A DNA stretch of 60,858 nucleotides, filler included, from Thelocarpon superellum (taxonomy: Eukaryota), in NCBI GenBank assembly GCA_026025795.1. It is 2 parts of 2 records of this genome, joined end to end, with 100 filler letters (N's around TTAATTAATTAA, not from the genome) between each part and the next. Parts side by side here need not be neighbours in the genome. Positions count along the whole stretch, not along the records: positions 30,542 to 60,858 come from JAPEUG010000204.1; 1 more part is not named here. One strand, given 5' to 3'. Of this stretch, positions 48,142 to 60,300 are shown in pieces. Made by a program: the position numbers and the translations under genes. Position 1 is the first letter of the stretch. Each line of letters starts with the position of its first letter. A model generated the notes under the pieces. The model saw only the letters and a list, made by a program, of their open reading frames with translations. It searched no databases and had not been told where the DNA came from.

Positions 48142-50130
48142 CTATTCCCACACGTTCGAAAAGAGATCGTCATTTGACGTGAAGCCCACTCCCCCGCCTG
48201 GTGGGGCTTTGGGAGCGGACGTGTTGGCGGTGTTGAGGGCGTTGGTCGTGGGCACCGCAGGAGCCGCCGAGCTGCTCCATCCACCAAAGTCCTCGTCCGC
48301 ACTGACCTCTGGCGCGCTGCTCCTGACGTCCGGCTTGATCTCCCCATTGCCCCCCCACAAACCATTACCGCCACCGATGCTCGGTGGGATTGACGTGGTG
48401 GAGGTCGACAGACCCGTCGCGGGCTTGCTAGCCCATGAATCGGGCGCGGTCCATGCATCATTTGATCCCCAGGCATCGTCCTTGGGCCACCCCGCTCCGG
48501 CGCCGGGAGTCGCTGCGCTCGTCGAGGGCTTGGTCGCGGGGCCTTCGGCCGAGGCCGCGGTGGCAGATGACAAGTTAAAGACTGATGCAAGTTTCGGCGC
48601 CGCGGCTGGCGCGGCTGCTGGCGCGGCCGAGACGCCAAAGTCGAAGATATCGTCCAGTCCCGAGTTGGAGGAGAGCGGCGCAGCGGTGGCCTTGGACGGC
48701 GCCGGGGGTGCCGATTCCAGGTCGCCAAATCCGCCGAGCAGGCCACCAGCACCCTCGGTTGCGGCCGCAGCCAGAGGCGGGGCGCTCTTCTGCGCAGACA
48801 TCTGCGGCGGATCGAAGAAGCTTCCGCCCGTGGATGACACGGTCGGCGCTGCCTTCTGACTGAAGGATCCCAAGTTAGGAAAAGCCGGCGCTTTGGCGGG
48901 CTTTGGCGCTGGCGGTGCCGCGGCCGGCGTGCCGAAGCTCAGCCCACTGAATGCATCATTCAGTCCGCCGAAGGAGGAGGCCGGAGCGGAAGGCGACGCG
49001 GTAGGCTGTGACGGGGCGGATTGCATGGCGGAGAAGGAACCTTGTTGCGACGCGGCGGGACGAGCGTCCGGCTGGCGGGGAGCCGATGCGTAGAGCGAGA
49101 GGATCGATTGCTTTAGGTCGGGGCGCGAGGGCGCCGCGGGCGCTTGGAAGCCGCTCATCGAAGCGGCGGCAGGAGCAGCCGGCGATGTCGTCTGACTGCC
49201 TGATGGACCGAAGAAGTCCAGCCCCAGTAATGACTCGCCCGGCTTGGTTGCTTTGGGTGGGACCGACGTCGCCTTGGGCGGGACAGCCCGCGTAATGGCT
49301 GGCTCAGTGGTGCTAGGTCGGATGACGGGCGCGGCGTCGTCGCCGAAGAGATCGACCGTTCGCAGTGCGTTCCCTGGGTGAGCTGGTCCACTGGGGGTGA
49401 ACGAGGCTCGGGCCGAATTAGATCGGTCCAGCTTCTGTTTCTCTTGTACAACGCTCAGCGGCTGCGTCCATCCAGATTAGTTCAGGGCGGCGGAGTGCAC
49501 AAGCCGTTGCAACGTACAACATCCTCGTCACCGTCATCATCCAGCGCAGCAGGATCAGGCATCGGACCGTCCATGACCCAGCGTTTCGAATCGTACTTGG
49601 TCCGAATGAAGTTCTCAATCTTGCTACCTCAACGTCAGCTCCACCTTCGGCGTGTATTTCAGAGGTCGGTGCAACGTACGCTTCGGAGGGTACATGACCG
49701 GGCGCCAGCTTCGCCTCCCAGTATCTGTCCCAATCAGCTTTCGGGCCACGCATGGGATGTGGTCTGGGCGGATGGTACTCACTTGTTGGCCCGGGCATTG
49801 CCCCACTGCAGGACTCTCTGCAGTTGCTCATCCGTCCAGGCATCCAGATCTACCGACTTGACCCGACTGACATGAGTGCCCATGCCACGGTGAATTCCGG
49901 AGCATCTGCCACGTCCAGGTGTCAACACCAGCCCACCGTGAGTGCGTGAGCTTGGCCGAGTCTCACCGGATGCAGATGAAAACGCCGAGATTCCAGCTCG
50001 CCCATCTTGGATGCTTGTTCCGTTTGCAGTCGGCACAGCTCTTGTTGCCCTCGAGTTTCAGCAGCGTCTTAATGGTCTGCTGGTTTTGACTGGCACGATC
50101 TGCCGCGGGGTTTGGGGCCCGACGTGACAT
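48142..50130 (-). CDS. ArfGAP protein, SMAP/Age2-like (5 exons)
   Basis: [45 protein letters not shown] zinc finger; FIRTKY; low-complexity tail ending DDLFSNVWE. Confidence 0.94.
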
Positions 50131-50727
50131 GTTGCCGCGGTGGGATGGCCCGATCTCGGGTGACGTGTCGACCTCGTAGGACGGGCCGGTCACGAGGGAA
50201 CGACGACCGCGACGAGCGAGATTGTCTTGTCGCCGGTGAGTCGTTGCGAGACGCGATGTGGCAGCCTATGCGAGGGTGGAATCTGGTGCCTGACACTGAT
50301 AAATTGTCCAGACTCCTCTACAGCTGGGCGGACAGGTACTCGTCCCGGTAGGCTTCGGGTGCGAGTCTTCGCTCGACGCCCACTACGCGTGCTCGTTCTC
50401 CGGCTACGTCCAACCGTGGCTAACTTCGACTTTCCAGATTTCGCTTACGCATGATTGTGGCGCCAGATCTGTCGGCGTGGGGCCAAGGTGCCGGGCGCCA
50501 CTTACCAATACCCGGCCATGAGGCCCCACAAACATGGACTGCAAGACATCCACCGAAGGTGGATACTGGTCATTCACGTTACTAATGGTTGTATCCAATC
50601 CGACTAGATTAGTTCTGATCTTTATCGCTCATCAAGCACTTCATCGCATTCATCTCTCAACTGCCAAAAGTCATCCTGCAACTCCACAAGTGTTCTTCAT
50701 CACTCTACCCTGTCCTGTCCTCCCCTC

Positions 50728-51433
50728 CTACGCCTTGGACTCGGTCTTCCCTTTCACCGCGTCATCCTTAGAGAAATTCAAGCTGACACTGTTCACGCAA
50801 TGTCGCTCATCCGTCGGCGTCGGGTAGCCTTCGCCCTTGAAGACGTGGCCCAGATGGCCGCCGCATTTGGAACAGACAATCTCGGTGCGCTGCATGCCGA
50901 ACATGTTATCCGTATGCCGCGTCACGGCGCCCGGCACGGCATCGAAGAAAGCTGGCCATCCACAACCCGACTTAAACTTATGGTTGGCCTTGTAAAGCGG
51001 CGCATCGCATGCCGCGCAGGTATAGACGCCCTCTGAGGGCATGTGCTTGTCGTACGTGCCGGTGTAGGGCGCCTCGGTGCCCTTTCCACGAATCACGCGG
51101 AATTGTTCTGTAGGAGAAGTCTCAGCACACGAGCGATGAAGAATGGAAGACGTGTGTGCGTGAGCGAAGGGGGAAAGACTGACCTGGACTGAGTACCGCC
51201 TGCCACTCATCGTCGCTTTTCTGGACGGGATAAGACATCTTGGACGAGGCGGACGAGCTACCAAAGAGAGAGCCTAGGAAGGGAAGTGTGGGCATAGACC
51301 TGAAGACGGGATGCTGTCCCAAGGGTTGTTGAAGGGCTCGATGAAGAGGACGGGCACGAGTGATGGAACTTGAGGTGGCGTTGGCAAGAGTGTACAGGCT
51401 GCGGACGATGGTTGGGAAAGACGGGACACGCAT
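50728..51433 (-). CDS. MXR2: Methionine-R-sulfoxide reductase MsrB (intron 51183-51108)
   Basis: KGTEAP, CAAC, KFKSGCGWPAF, RTEIVCSKCGGHLGHVF, RHCVNS; Arg/Ser-rich presequence-like N-terminus. Confidence 0.96.
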
Positions 51434-51977
51434 GTGGTATTTAACTTCCGTGGGACGCTGGACGGTGGAGCAGGGCGGAGCGGACGTGAATAGCGACGGA
51501 GGAAGAATTTGTATAACAGTGGTGGCTCGTGGCAGGCGACGGGCGAAAAAGGATGTGGAGGGGCTGCGCAGCTCGGTATTTGCGTTTTGCCCGCCTGTCA
51601 CATACAACTTACAAGCAGTGGCATCAAGTACATGACGCCATTAACGAAGGCGCTGGCGGCGGCGGAAGCGGCGTTGATTTGGAAGGCGAGGGGGCCGAGG
51701 ATTATGTTACTACATTGCTCGCCGATTGGCGGACAAGCGAAGCAAGCCGCGCATGATTTGGAATCGTCGTGGACAGACACTAAGTATATTACAGGTTAGC
51801 CAGGTGCCCCACGCTGTCCAGGCATGCTCCGGATATGTATGCTCCCCTCAGCCCATGTCCATCTCTTCATCATCGTGCGCCCGTGTAGGTCCTCGAACTT
51901 GCCAGGCAGCACGGGTGAGTATCCTAGGTCTAAGATCCAATGCCACCAACATGCATCCGCCCAGAATCAGGCCCGGT

Positions 51978-53600
51978 CTACCATGGCTTGGCTACACCTG
52001 TCACGACCAGTGCCCCCTCGCCGACCTCGACCTTCCACCCTTCGCGCATCAGCATTCGTCCGACAGCAGGTCCGATTTTGGCCTTGCCCCCCTCGCTATG
52101 GCGACCCACGCCCGTGACGATGCGATAGGCCTGGCCGGCGCCCGCTCGTCCGCCAATTCGTGACTCGCCTAGCCCAACCCACCAGGTCGTGACGCGCTCG
52201 CGCGCAATACGAAGTGCGTCCTTTACCCGCACTCCGTGTAGGTCGAGCTCGGCGCGGCTGGATTGCGCGTCCACCATGGCGTCTGCCGCTGCAGCACTGT
52301 ATTGCCGCGCGTGGCTGTCATATTCTCGGCCCAGGCTACTGTAGTACCCCGCCGCTGCGCCCATCAGGTGGTCCGATTTGCCTTTGCGATATGCCTCCGA
52401 GGCCTGCGCGAACGCCCTCTGCCGTGCGGTGCCGTAGGCGCTGGCGAGTGCAGTTGCCTCGGCGTGAGATTGCGGCACGTGGGATCGTGCCCGAGGCTGT
52501 ACCGCAGTGTCTGATGAAGCGAGCGAGATGGGCGGGAGCCTGGTAATAATCTCAAGGCCCTGTGCGGCGCTTGGGCGAGGTATGTTCGTGAGGGCCATCG
52601 CAAGCTCATGAGCGGCCGTGAGCGATGGTCGCGTTAGGCGAATCAAATGAAGCATATCGGAGGTGGGAATGGTGGGAAACTCATCGCGAAGCTCCTTCAG
52701 TTGCACCTCGACGACGGGGTCCAGCTCGTCTGCATCCTCTCCTTCCGCGTTTGGGAGCTTCATGATTGCTTGCAATGCCGCTGGAATTGTCGCCCCATTC
52801 TGGTGGTAGATGGAGACCACGGTGGACCGGCGCAATTGGGTCCGTGACGCAAGAAAGTCGATCTCTTCTTTCATGAGATCCCACTTGCTCCCCTGGCCTT
52901 GATTTGTCACATCCATCAAGCCCGAGGTCACGACTTCTGTACGCTTCGTCTGGGGTGGGCGGAGATGATGTCTTCTCTTCTTGCTCTTCAGAGTCCCGTC
53001 ACGGGCCACATTGTCTGCTGCGAAGCCATCAACGCCCTTTTTCAGGAGCACCTCCCCATCCTCATCGCCCTTCTCCAAGAAGACTTGGGTCAAGAGCTGT
53101 TCAACCGCAGCATTGAACTTGTCTCCCGTCTTTTTCAAAGTGTGAGCAACGGTGAACTCTCCGACACCCGGGAACATCTCCTGGAGCAATGCGACTTTTC
53201 CATCGCGGTCCAAGTTCTCCAAGCTTAGCGCATACGCATCTCCGTCTGCATCTAGACAGGAACTGGTGCGGTCCGACGACGTGGTCTCAAGGTAACCCGA
53301 GCCATCTTCGTGCCGTAAATCCCAGTCGAGCTCTTGAAGGTCTTCTGACCCAAGGTGGACATCAGCGACACTCTCGCCCGACGCGGCATCACGTAGAGGA
53401 TCTAGTGTGTCGCGTAGCAACTGAAGGCTCTGCTCATCGTCGAGGTCGAACTCGGACGAGATGGCCAAGAGCAGGGCTTCATCCAGCGGGGGACAGTATT
53501 CGCTCTAGGCAGTCCGGTCGCCCGATCAGTACGGACCTCGCGAGACGCGCGAAATCTCAGCTTCCGTGCGTACCTGCAGCTTCTCCATTGCTGTACTCAT
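51978..53600 (-). CDS. CUE plus Smr domain protein (exons 53600-53574, 53504-51978)
   Basis: EYCPPLDEAL N-terminus, CUE-like LQEMFP, AAGYY helix, Smr domain LDLHGVRV...IVTGVGRHS. Confidence 0.9.
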
Positions 53601-54323
53601 ACTAGTCAGCCCTCCGTGGCCACAGCACATTCCGAGCAAGAGCGAGATTGGACCGATGACGCAACGACATGCTCGGCGACGTAGGATTGACGGGACGATC
53701 CGTAGAGACGTAGGGACCCGACGGGCGGTGCCATGATACGCCTGCTCCAAGATACACAGCTCAGAGGAGCAATGGCAAAAGCATGATTCTGAAGGGAAAG
53801 TCTGGATTGAGGAAGAATGGATTATCCCAGCGTCGGCGATTTACCGTGTCCTCGAGTTTCCGGTGCGTCAGTCGACGAGTACCTTAACTGCTACGTGGGT
53901 CTGTATGGGCGTCCGAAGTGGGGCAAGCCTCGTACATCTCCTCGCATCTCTTAGCGTCTCCCATTGAGACTGTCGCGTACCCAAAAGTGTAGTAGTGCTC
54001 CTTCTCTCCTCACAGGAGCCCGAGAGCCGTCATTATTCGAACCCAACTGTAGTCTGGTGACGAAAGCGAGGGATCAAGTCCACGCAAGACCTTGCAGTCG
54101 TCCCCGACCATTTGCTTCGGATAGATGTACAGTCTGTGGCCAGGTTCTCTCAGAGATTGGTATAGTAGTTTCCTAATATCCACATCCTTGGGGCAATCTG
54201 CGTACGGAGCCATTTGTTCTTCGTGGAGGACGTCCGACATTACAGACTGCCCGCCAAAGGGCTGGTGTTCACTTAACTCTGGTCCCTCTGTAGTCGCCGA
54301 GAGGTTCCGCAGTTCACTCGCCA

Positions 54324-56590
54324 TCAATGCTCACAAAGCGAAAAGGTCCTCGCCATCACCTGTCCCTCAAATGTTTCAACGCTATCGTCTCGTTGTCAGC
54401 TAAACACTCCTCGCTCCTGGCGGGGACGACTCACAACGCCGTTCGTTCCTCCATCAGCTCAAGCCGCAAGGATTTGGCGTCTTCCATAGAAATGGGGAAA
54501 TCAGTCACAGACTGTACGCGCGACGGTCAGCAAGGGTCGAAGACGGCTCGCGTAACGACTTGCCTCGATCACCTGCTCCCGAACTTCCGGGGGAATGGCA
54601 CCAAGCGGGCCTTCGTTGTCGAACTCCATGGCCCACCAGTCGCGCTGTTGCGGAGGCACATTCGCCGTAGAGATGATGCGATGGGTGGGATCGACCAGGA
54701 ACAGGGCCAGAATCTTCCGATGACCCGGCCGAGTGCCGTCGGCCAGGCGAAAGGGTGCCACCCGGTGTTGATATATCTGTCAAGAAAGCTTCAGTGTGAT
54801 CTTCCACCCGGCTGGGTCGAACTGACGTTGGGAAAAGTGATAAGTCGGCCTTCCTGTGAAGGTCAGCGTTCACGCTGTGAGCTCCAGCCAGCGCCGCGAC
54901 GCCCTTACTTTTGCCACCACATCTCCAATGTCCTGCACGGCTGCACCATCCTGTTCACATCCAAAGATGACGTTGAGGAATTCGTGGTCATCCTGCTCGT
55001 AATCCACTTCGACTTCGTTGTCGGTCGTTTGCCGGAACAGAAGGAGACTCTCCGTGATATTATCGGAATCGTAGTAATAGATGGCCGTCGCACATATGTG
55101 CTCGTTCTTCGATCATGTCAGCTCATGGCCGATTGGACTTCGACATCATTCCATCGCTTACGTTCTGCCCTTCCACGTGCCAGCTACCCCCTTCATACTG
55201 AGAATTCTCCGGAGTCAGCTCGATATTGGCGAGCTTCACGATCACTTGCAGTCCTTTCTCGTGGTACTCTTCCCGGAGGTTCTCGGCGTTGACCGGCTTC
55301 ACGGAAGAGCCCTCGTTTCGCTCTTGTCTGACCTCTTCCGGAGTACGAAAGACGGGAGGCTCGGGCTGGATGATGATCCGATCAATTCTCTCCCACGCAA
55401 TCTGTCGCATCTTGAAATCATCCTCGTCTTCATCGTCTCGCTGAACGGGCTCAGGGCCTTTATCTTCAGTTGTGCTGAGCATGATGTGATATTGTATTCG
55501 CGGCACCTCCGGCCATTCCTGCTCGTCCCGGGCCGCCGTCAAGGTCAGATCCCAAAGGGGAATGGCCTTGGTGATGACTTGCTCGATGGTGGTGTACAGC
55601 TCGGCGTGGTGCTGTGGGTGGAGGTTGTTGATGTAACTGACGACCCTACATTACCGCTCAACCAACTGATCTCGATGTGGATCTCGGCACCCACCTTGCG
55701 TCGCCGTCCACCCCGAAGCGCAGCTCACAGGGTAGCCATTGAAACTTGGTTGACCAGGACCGGGGAAAGTCGGCCAGACTTTGCAACGATCTCGGCGGCA
55801 CTTCAGGCTCCTCTGGGATGGGAATGGTCTCGCCCTCCCCGGCTCTGGTGGTACAGTCTACCAACGACAAGGTCTCGTCAGGGAGAATTTTCGATCGCCC
55901 GTAGACAAGCGGGAAGAGCGATGGGTGCACGAGATCAAGCACCTTTCCATCAGAGCCCGGATGCCAGTCTTTTTGGCGAGCTGGTACGTCTTCCAGGACC
56001 GCGCACCCTTTCTTAAGAGCTTCTTTGATTGCCGGTGAGATGGCCGTGTCCGATTTATAGATACCTCGGTCAACGGCGCACACAGCACCAGTCTGCTGAT
56101 ATTCCACTGCTTTGCATTTGAGCTCCTCCAAGCACTGCGTGAAGAACAGTCTCAGATAGGCACACTCGGGAGGGGATAGAACAGAAGAGACGATCACTCA
56201 CCCAGTCGGCCATCTCCTGCGACATGTTCAAGTTTGGCGTGGCCATGGCCTCCGCCTTCCATTTGGCAGCAATGACGGGATCGTGCACCTTCCGATCCCA
56301 GTCTTGCTTGTCTGTCATCTCCTCCATGAATCTCATCATCGTGATTTCACGTAGCGTGAACAATGGCTGTCTGCGCAGATGTCAGGCCATCTGTGCCAAG
56401 GTCGGTTGGAGCACTTTGCGTTCCAAAACCAGATCAAGCACCGGTATGCTCTGATCTGGCCTTGGGTGCGAATGGGTACGCACATGGCGCCATGGCTACC
56501 GGCGAGGGCTGTCGGATAGCTCTTGTGATGTTCTGCCGCCGCGCTCTTGAGTGGGCCGCGGAAGCCTGGGAGAACGATTGGAGTTTTCAT
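54324..56590 (-). CDS. DUF4246-family protein (about 9 exons)
   Basis: TLREITMM, KDWHPGSDGKVLDLVHPSLFPLVYGRS, FQWLP, SYINNLHP, LQVIVKLANIELTP, GSWHVEG, FPN-IYQHRV, GHRKILALFLVDP, C-terminal FSLCEH. Confidence 0.9.
54512..54563 (-). other. GC-AG intron (52 nt) in the DUF4246 gene
   Basis: GAG|GCAAGT...GCTGAC...ACAG|TCT joins EQVIE to SVTDFPISMEDAK; unspliced frame stops at 54501. Confidence 0.85.
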
Positions 56591-57373
56591 GATTTGGCAA
56601 TAATCGTTCTCGTGACTAGTTGCATCTAAGAGGAAAGATGTTTACGACAATCGAAAGGTCGGGTCAACGGGGCTGCTCGTGGTCGCAATGATTCTCAAGA
56701 AATGCGCTGGTGGATGTCCAGGTGGTACGTTAGTGCTGACGGTCCTGCGTTCAGTGACGACATGGCCCAGGTTGGGTGGCGGCATGTCCAGCTTTACGCA
56801 TCTGCCCGCTGTATGTACGAAGTACAGCTACTTGTAGGTCGTTTTGACCCCCAAGAGCACCTTGTCATGCACCGTTCGATCCAATCACGTCAATCCAGTT
56901 GCGCAAGCGGCCATCACCGTGCGGACATTGAAACTGTGCAGAGCACGGGCAAGCGGCCCATCGCTTCGATGTCGCTGGAGCTCTTTGAAATAAGTTCTGA
57001 CACATGACACAAAGTCGAGTGCTTGAAGCCCGGCACCACGCACCCCCAAGTCCTCAAAGATCTGTGTACAAGCGAGATGGCGATTTTGCGGAGGATCGGT
57101 CACTTTGTACCAAAGATGGCTAGAGTAATGGTCCAAGTTTCACCGGGTCGACCGCAAGGGTTTGGGACAAGGAGGCTTGGTTTATCAACGGGCAGGGTGA
57201 CAACACAAGGTACGATCCATCTCGAGACATCCTTTTCCAGTTTATGGCCCTAGTAGGGCAGCAACGATGTGGCGTTGGAGGAGTACAGCATGACGTCAAC
57301 CGACCCGCAAGGGCGTAATCCCAACCTACAGGTTACAGGCAGCCGACTGTCGCTCTTCTCATCGCCCGAGCCC

Positions 57374-60300
57374 TTAATTGGCCCGACGCTTGTACTTTCG
57401 TGGGTCTACCAGGAGAGTGATCAGTCTTGCCAGATCTCCGACCGTCAAAGACGAGGGTGTTGGAGCGGGGTGCGGTTGGCGGACAAAGGAGTGGTGTTCA
57501 CCTTTACGAGACATGCGAGTCTTGTCACGTGTGCCTAGCGCCACTCCCGGTCAGTCTCGCTAAGGACAGGAGCGCGGCAGATGCAGGTCCCGGCGGGCAG
57601 TCCGGGCGGGCAGCAGTCGTTGCGCGTTGCGTCATAAGTGCCGACAGAACGCGGGGGATGGATGCGGGGGACGGGAGACGAGCAGGTGGCAGGGGGCAAG
57701 GGACCGACGTCGAGACCAACTGACCTTTGCCGCCCTCCCAAAAGCCGGATCCCTTTCGACCGACCAGGCCGGAATGGCAGAGGGCGCAATTCTCGGGACG
57801 GTAGATTTGTTCACGGGAACCTGCACACGCGACGCAGTCCATCGCTCGTCAGCCGTTTACCGTGTGGGTCGAGGTCCGAGCGTTCACATGTCAACGCCGA
57901 ACCGAGCGAGCAACAGGCCCGACGAGCCACCTACAGAAACCGCTGCCTCGACGATCAGCTGGTCCACCACCAAGACTACCAAGATTACCAAGACTAGAGA
58001 ACGCAGAGTCCGCTCGGCGGAAAGGGAAGGAAGGGCCGGGAGGGAAGCGGAGAATCTCACCAGATCATGCGCGTCGCAAATTCGTTGGGGTGATCCGTGC
58101 TCGCATCGTGGCATCTGGGAAGGTGGCCGAGGTCAGGAGTCTTGCGGGTAGAGTCGGGATGGGAGGAGACAAGAAGACGCACTTGTCGCACGCGTACACC
58201 TTCGCGCAACAGCTAAATCTAGAAGACGCCTTAGCCTCCGACACAACGTGACGATGCGACGCGGGCAAGGTACCGGAACCAACGGTAGCTCTTGCTGTAG
58301 TGTGAACATCGACCACGGCGAGGTAGTTCCGTCCCGGCGACCAAGCCTAGAGACTCCTTGGGCTGGAACAAGCCCTCACCGGACCCTTGATTAGCGACCG
58401 TTCGCGCTCGATGGAAGCCGGCCTTCGCGCCATCACATGCACATCACCTCTTCCGTACCTGCTTCCGCCGGGGCCGCTGATCGGGTCGCGCTGTGGTCCA
58501 ACACGGGTCAGAACGGGTCAGTCAGGAGGGGGACACCGGCGCCATTGTCGAAGATCATGGGTGCCTTCGCCGAGGCCCGTTGATCTCGATGTTCACGTAC
58601 CCGTTGACACACTGATGGCGAGGAATTTGACCTCCGGGATCATAAAGGCTGAGAGCAGACAAGTCACGTTAGGGCGCATGACGACGGGGAAGGGGGCGCT
58701 GGCGTGGGACGAGGCCATGTCCGGGCTGAGACTGACTCATTTGGTGGTGACACTCGCGGCAAAAGGCCGTGGCTCTACCGCCTTGCACCGACACTACGCC
58801 TGGGAGAGGAAATTGAGCGGAACATGCGGCACAGGTCGGGAGAAAGTGACTGGCAGGGTCGTCAGAACCTATGGGCATGACCCCAGACGGTAGGGACCCT
58901 GCCTGGGAAGCATGTCGGCCACGATGCAGCCATCTAAGTCCAGAAAGCCTGCTCGCACCGCGTTGGCGTGCATCAACTCCTTACGGTAGCCTAGACATGG
59001 TCAATCACGGCTGGCCCGGCTGATAGATCCAGATGATCAGCTGTACCTATGCTGAGTGGATTGGCACACTTGGAGCACTGCGAAGTCCATGTCGCCTCAC
59101 CTTCAGCCCTTTGTGGTTTAAGATTTTTGGCCTCCGTTATCTGCTTGCAGCGATCGCATTTGATCGTGAGATTCAGACTGACCAACTCCAAGAGCTCGAG
59201 GCCCCGGAGTGATAATGACGGAAAGGAGAGCGATGTCCCTCGCTCAGTCTGATGGGTGAGGTCCACGGCTTCGTCGTGCTCCGGATGCTCGACGGACTGC
59301 TCTGTCTCGTCCCCTGAGCCATTGGAGAACTCACTTGGTGACAGCTCATCGTCCGCATGCCCGGCATCCCACTCTGGCGGCCGCGAAACAAATTGAAGAT
59401 GAGGCCGGTCATTGACGCTCTCCTTGCCCTTCTCCGGGGCTGGTAGAGGCTTCGATGAGCTCTCATGAAAGTGCAGCTCGTCGGCTCCTAGTGGCAGACG
59501 GAGCGAAGGGCCCAGGATCTCAATAGTCGCCATGATGTGCATATTCTGCGCCAAAAAGTTGACATGTGCCAGAACACTTTGTTCCGGATGATCTCGGACC
59601 CTCCGCTCAAAGCTGACTTCCACCGCGCGAGAGACGGAGGGATCAACATCGGAGATTTTGACTCTGCATGGCTGCAAATCGTAGAGCAGGGGTATGAACA
59701 GCATGGTACTTTTCACGGCCTGCAGAGGCACAGGTAAATTCCCTCGCCGCCTGGGCTCGAGCGGGACGCGGTAGGCGATGCCATCGGTAGATTTGGAAAA
59801 CAATGGATCGCGTCCTAATCGAGCCTCCAATTGACGAGTCTCGGCTTCTCGCCGGACGCGGGCTCGGGCCACGTCTTCTGCGTCATGAGGCAAAGGAGAC
59901 TTGATGATCGACGCAACGTTTGCCGGCAGGTGCCCTTGTGCGTCCGCGTCCGCCCGACGGAGGGTGCTTGGGACCACGAGTTTGATGGTTTCCTTTCTCT
60001 CCTCGGCAAGGAAAGTTTCGAGATGTCTGTCAAGAGCATGAATCGAGCCGAGGAGCGTGGCGCCGGAGATGTGTTCTAAGAGCCGGTCATAGCCCCTTTC
60101 GACGTTGACCTGATGACCGCGAGGGACCTCTGGGTTCGTGACCTGGAGCCTCGGCTTACCCGTCTCAGGGTAGGTGGATGGCACGTGCAGGACGCAGTGT
60201 AGACCGCCATTGAGCTCGAAGGGAAAATCAGGGTCCGAGGGAAACAAACGAAAGGTGAAACAAGTCTCGTTGCTCGCTTCGCTTTCGTGCGGGGAAAAGC

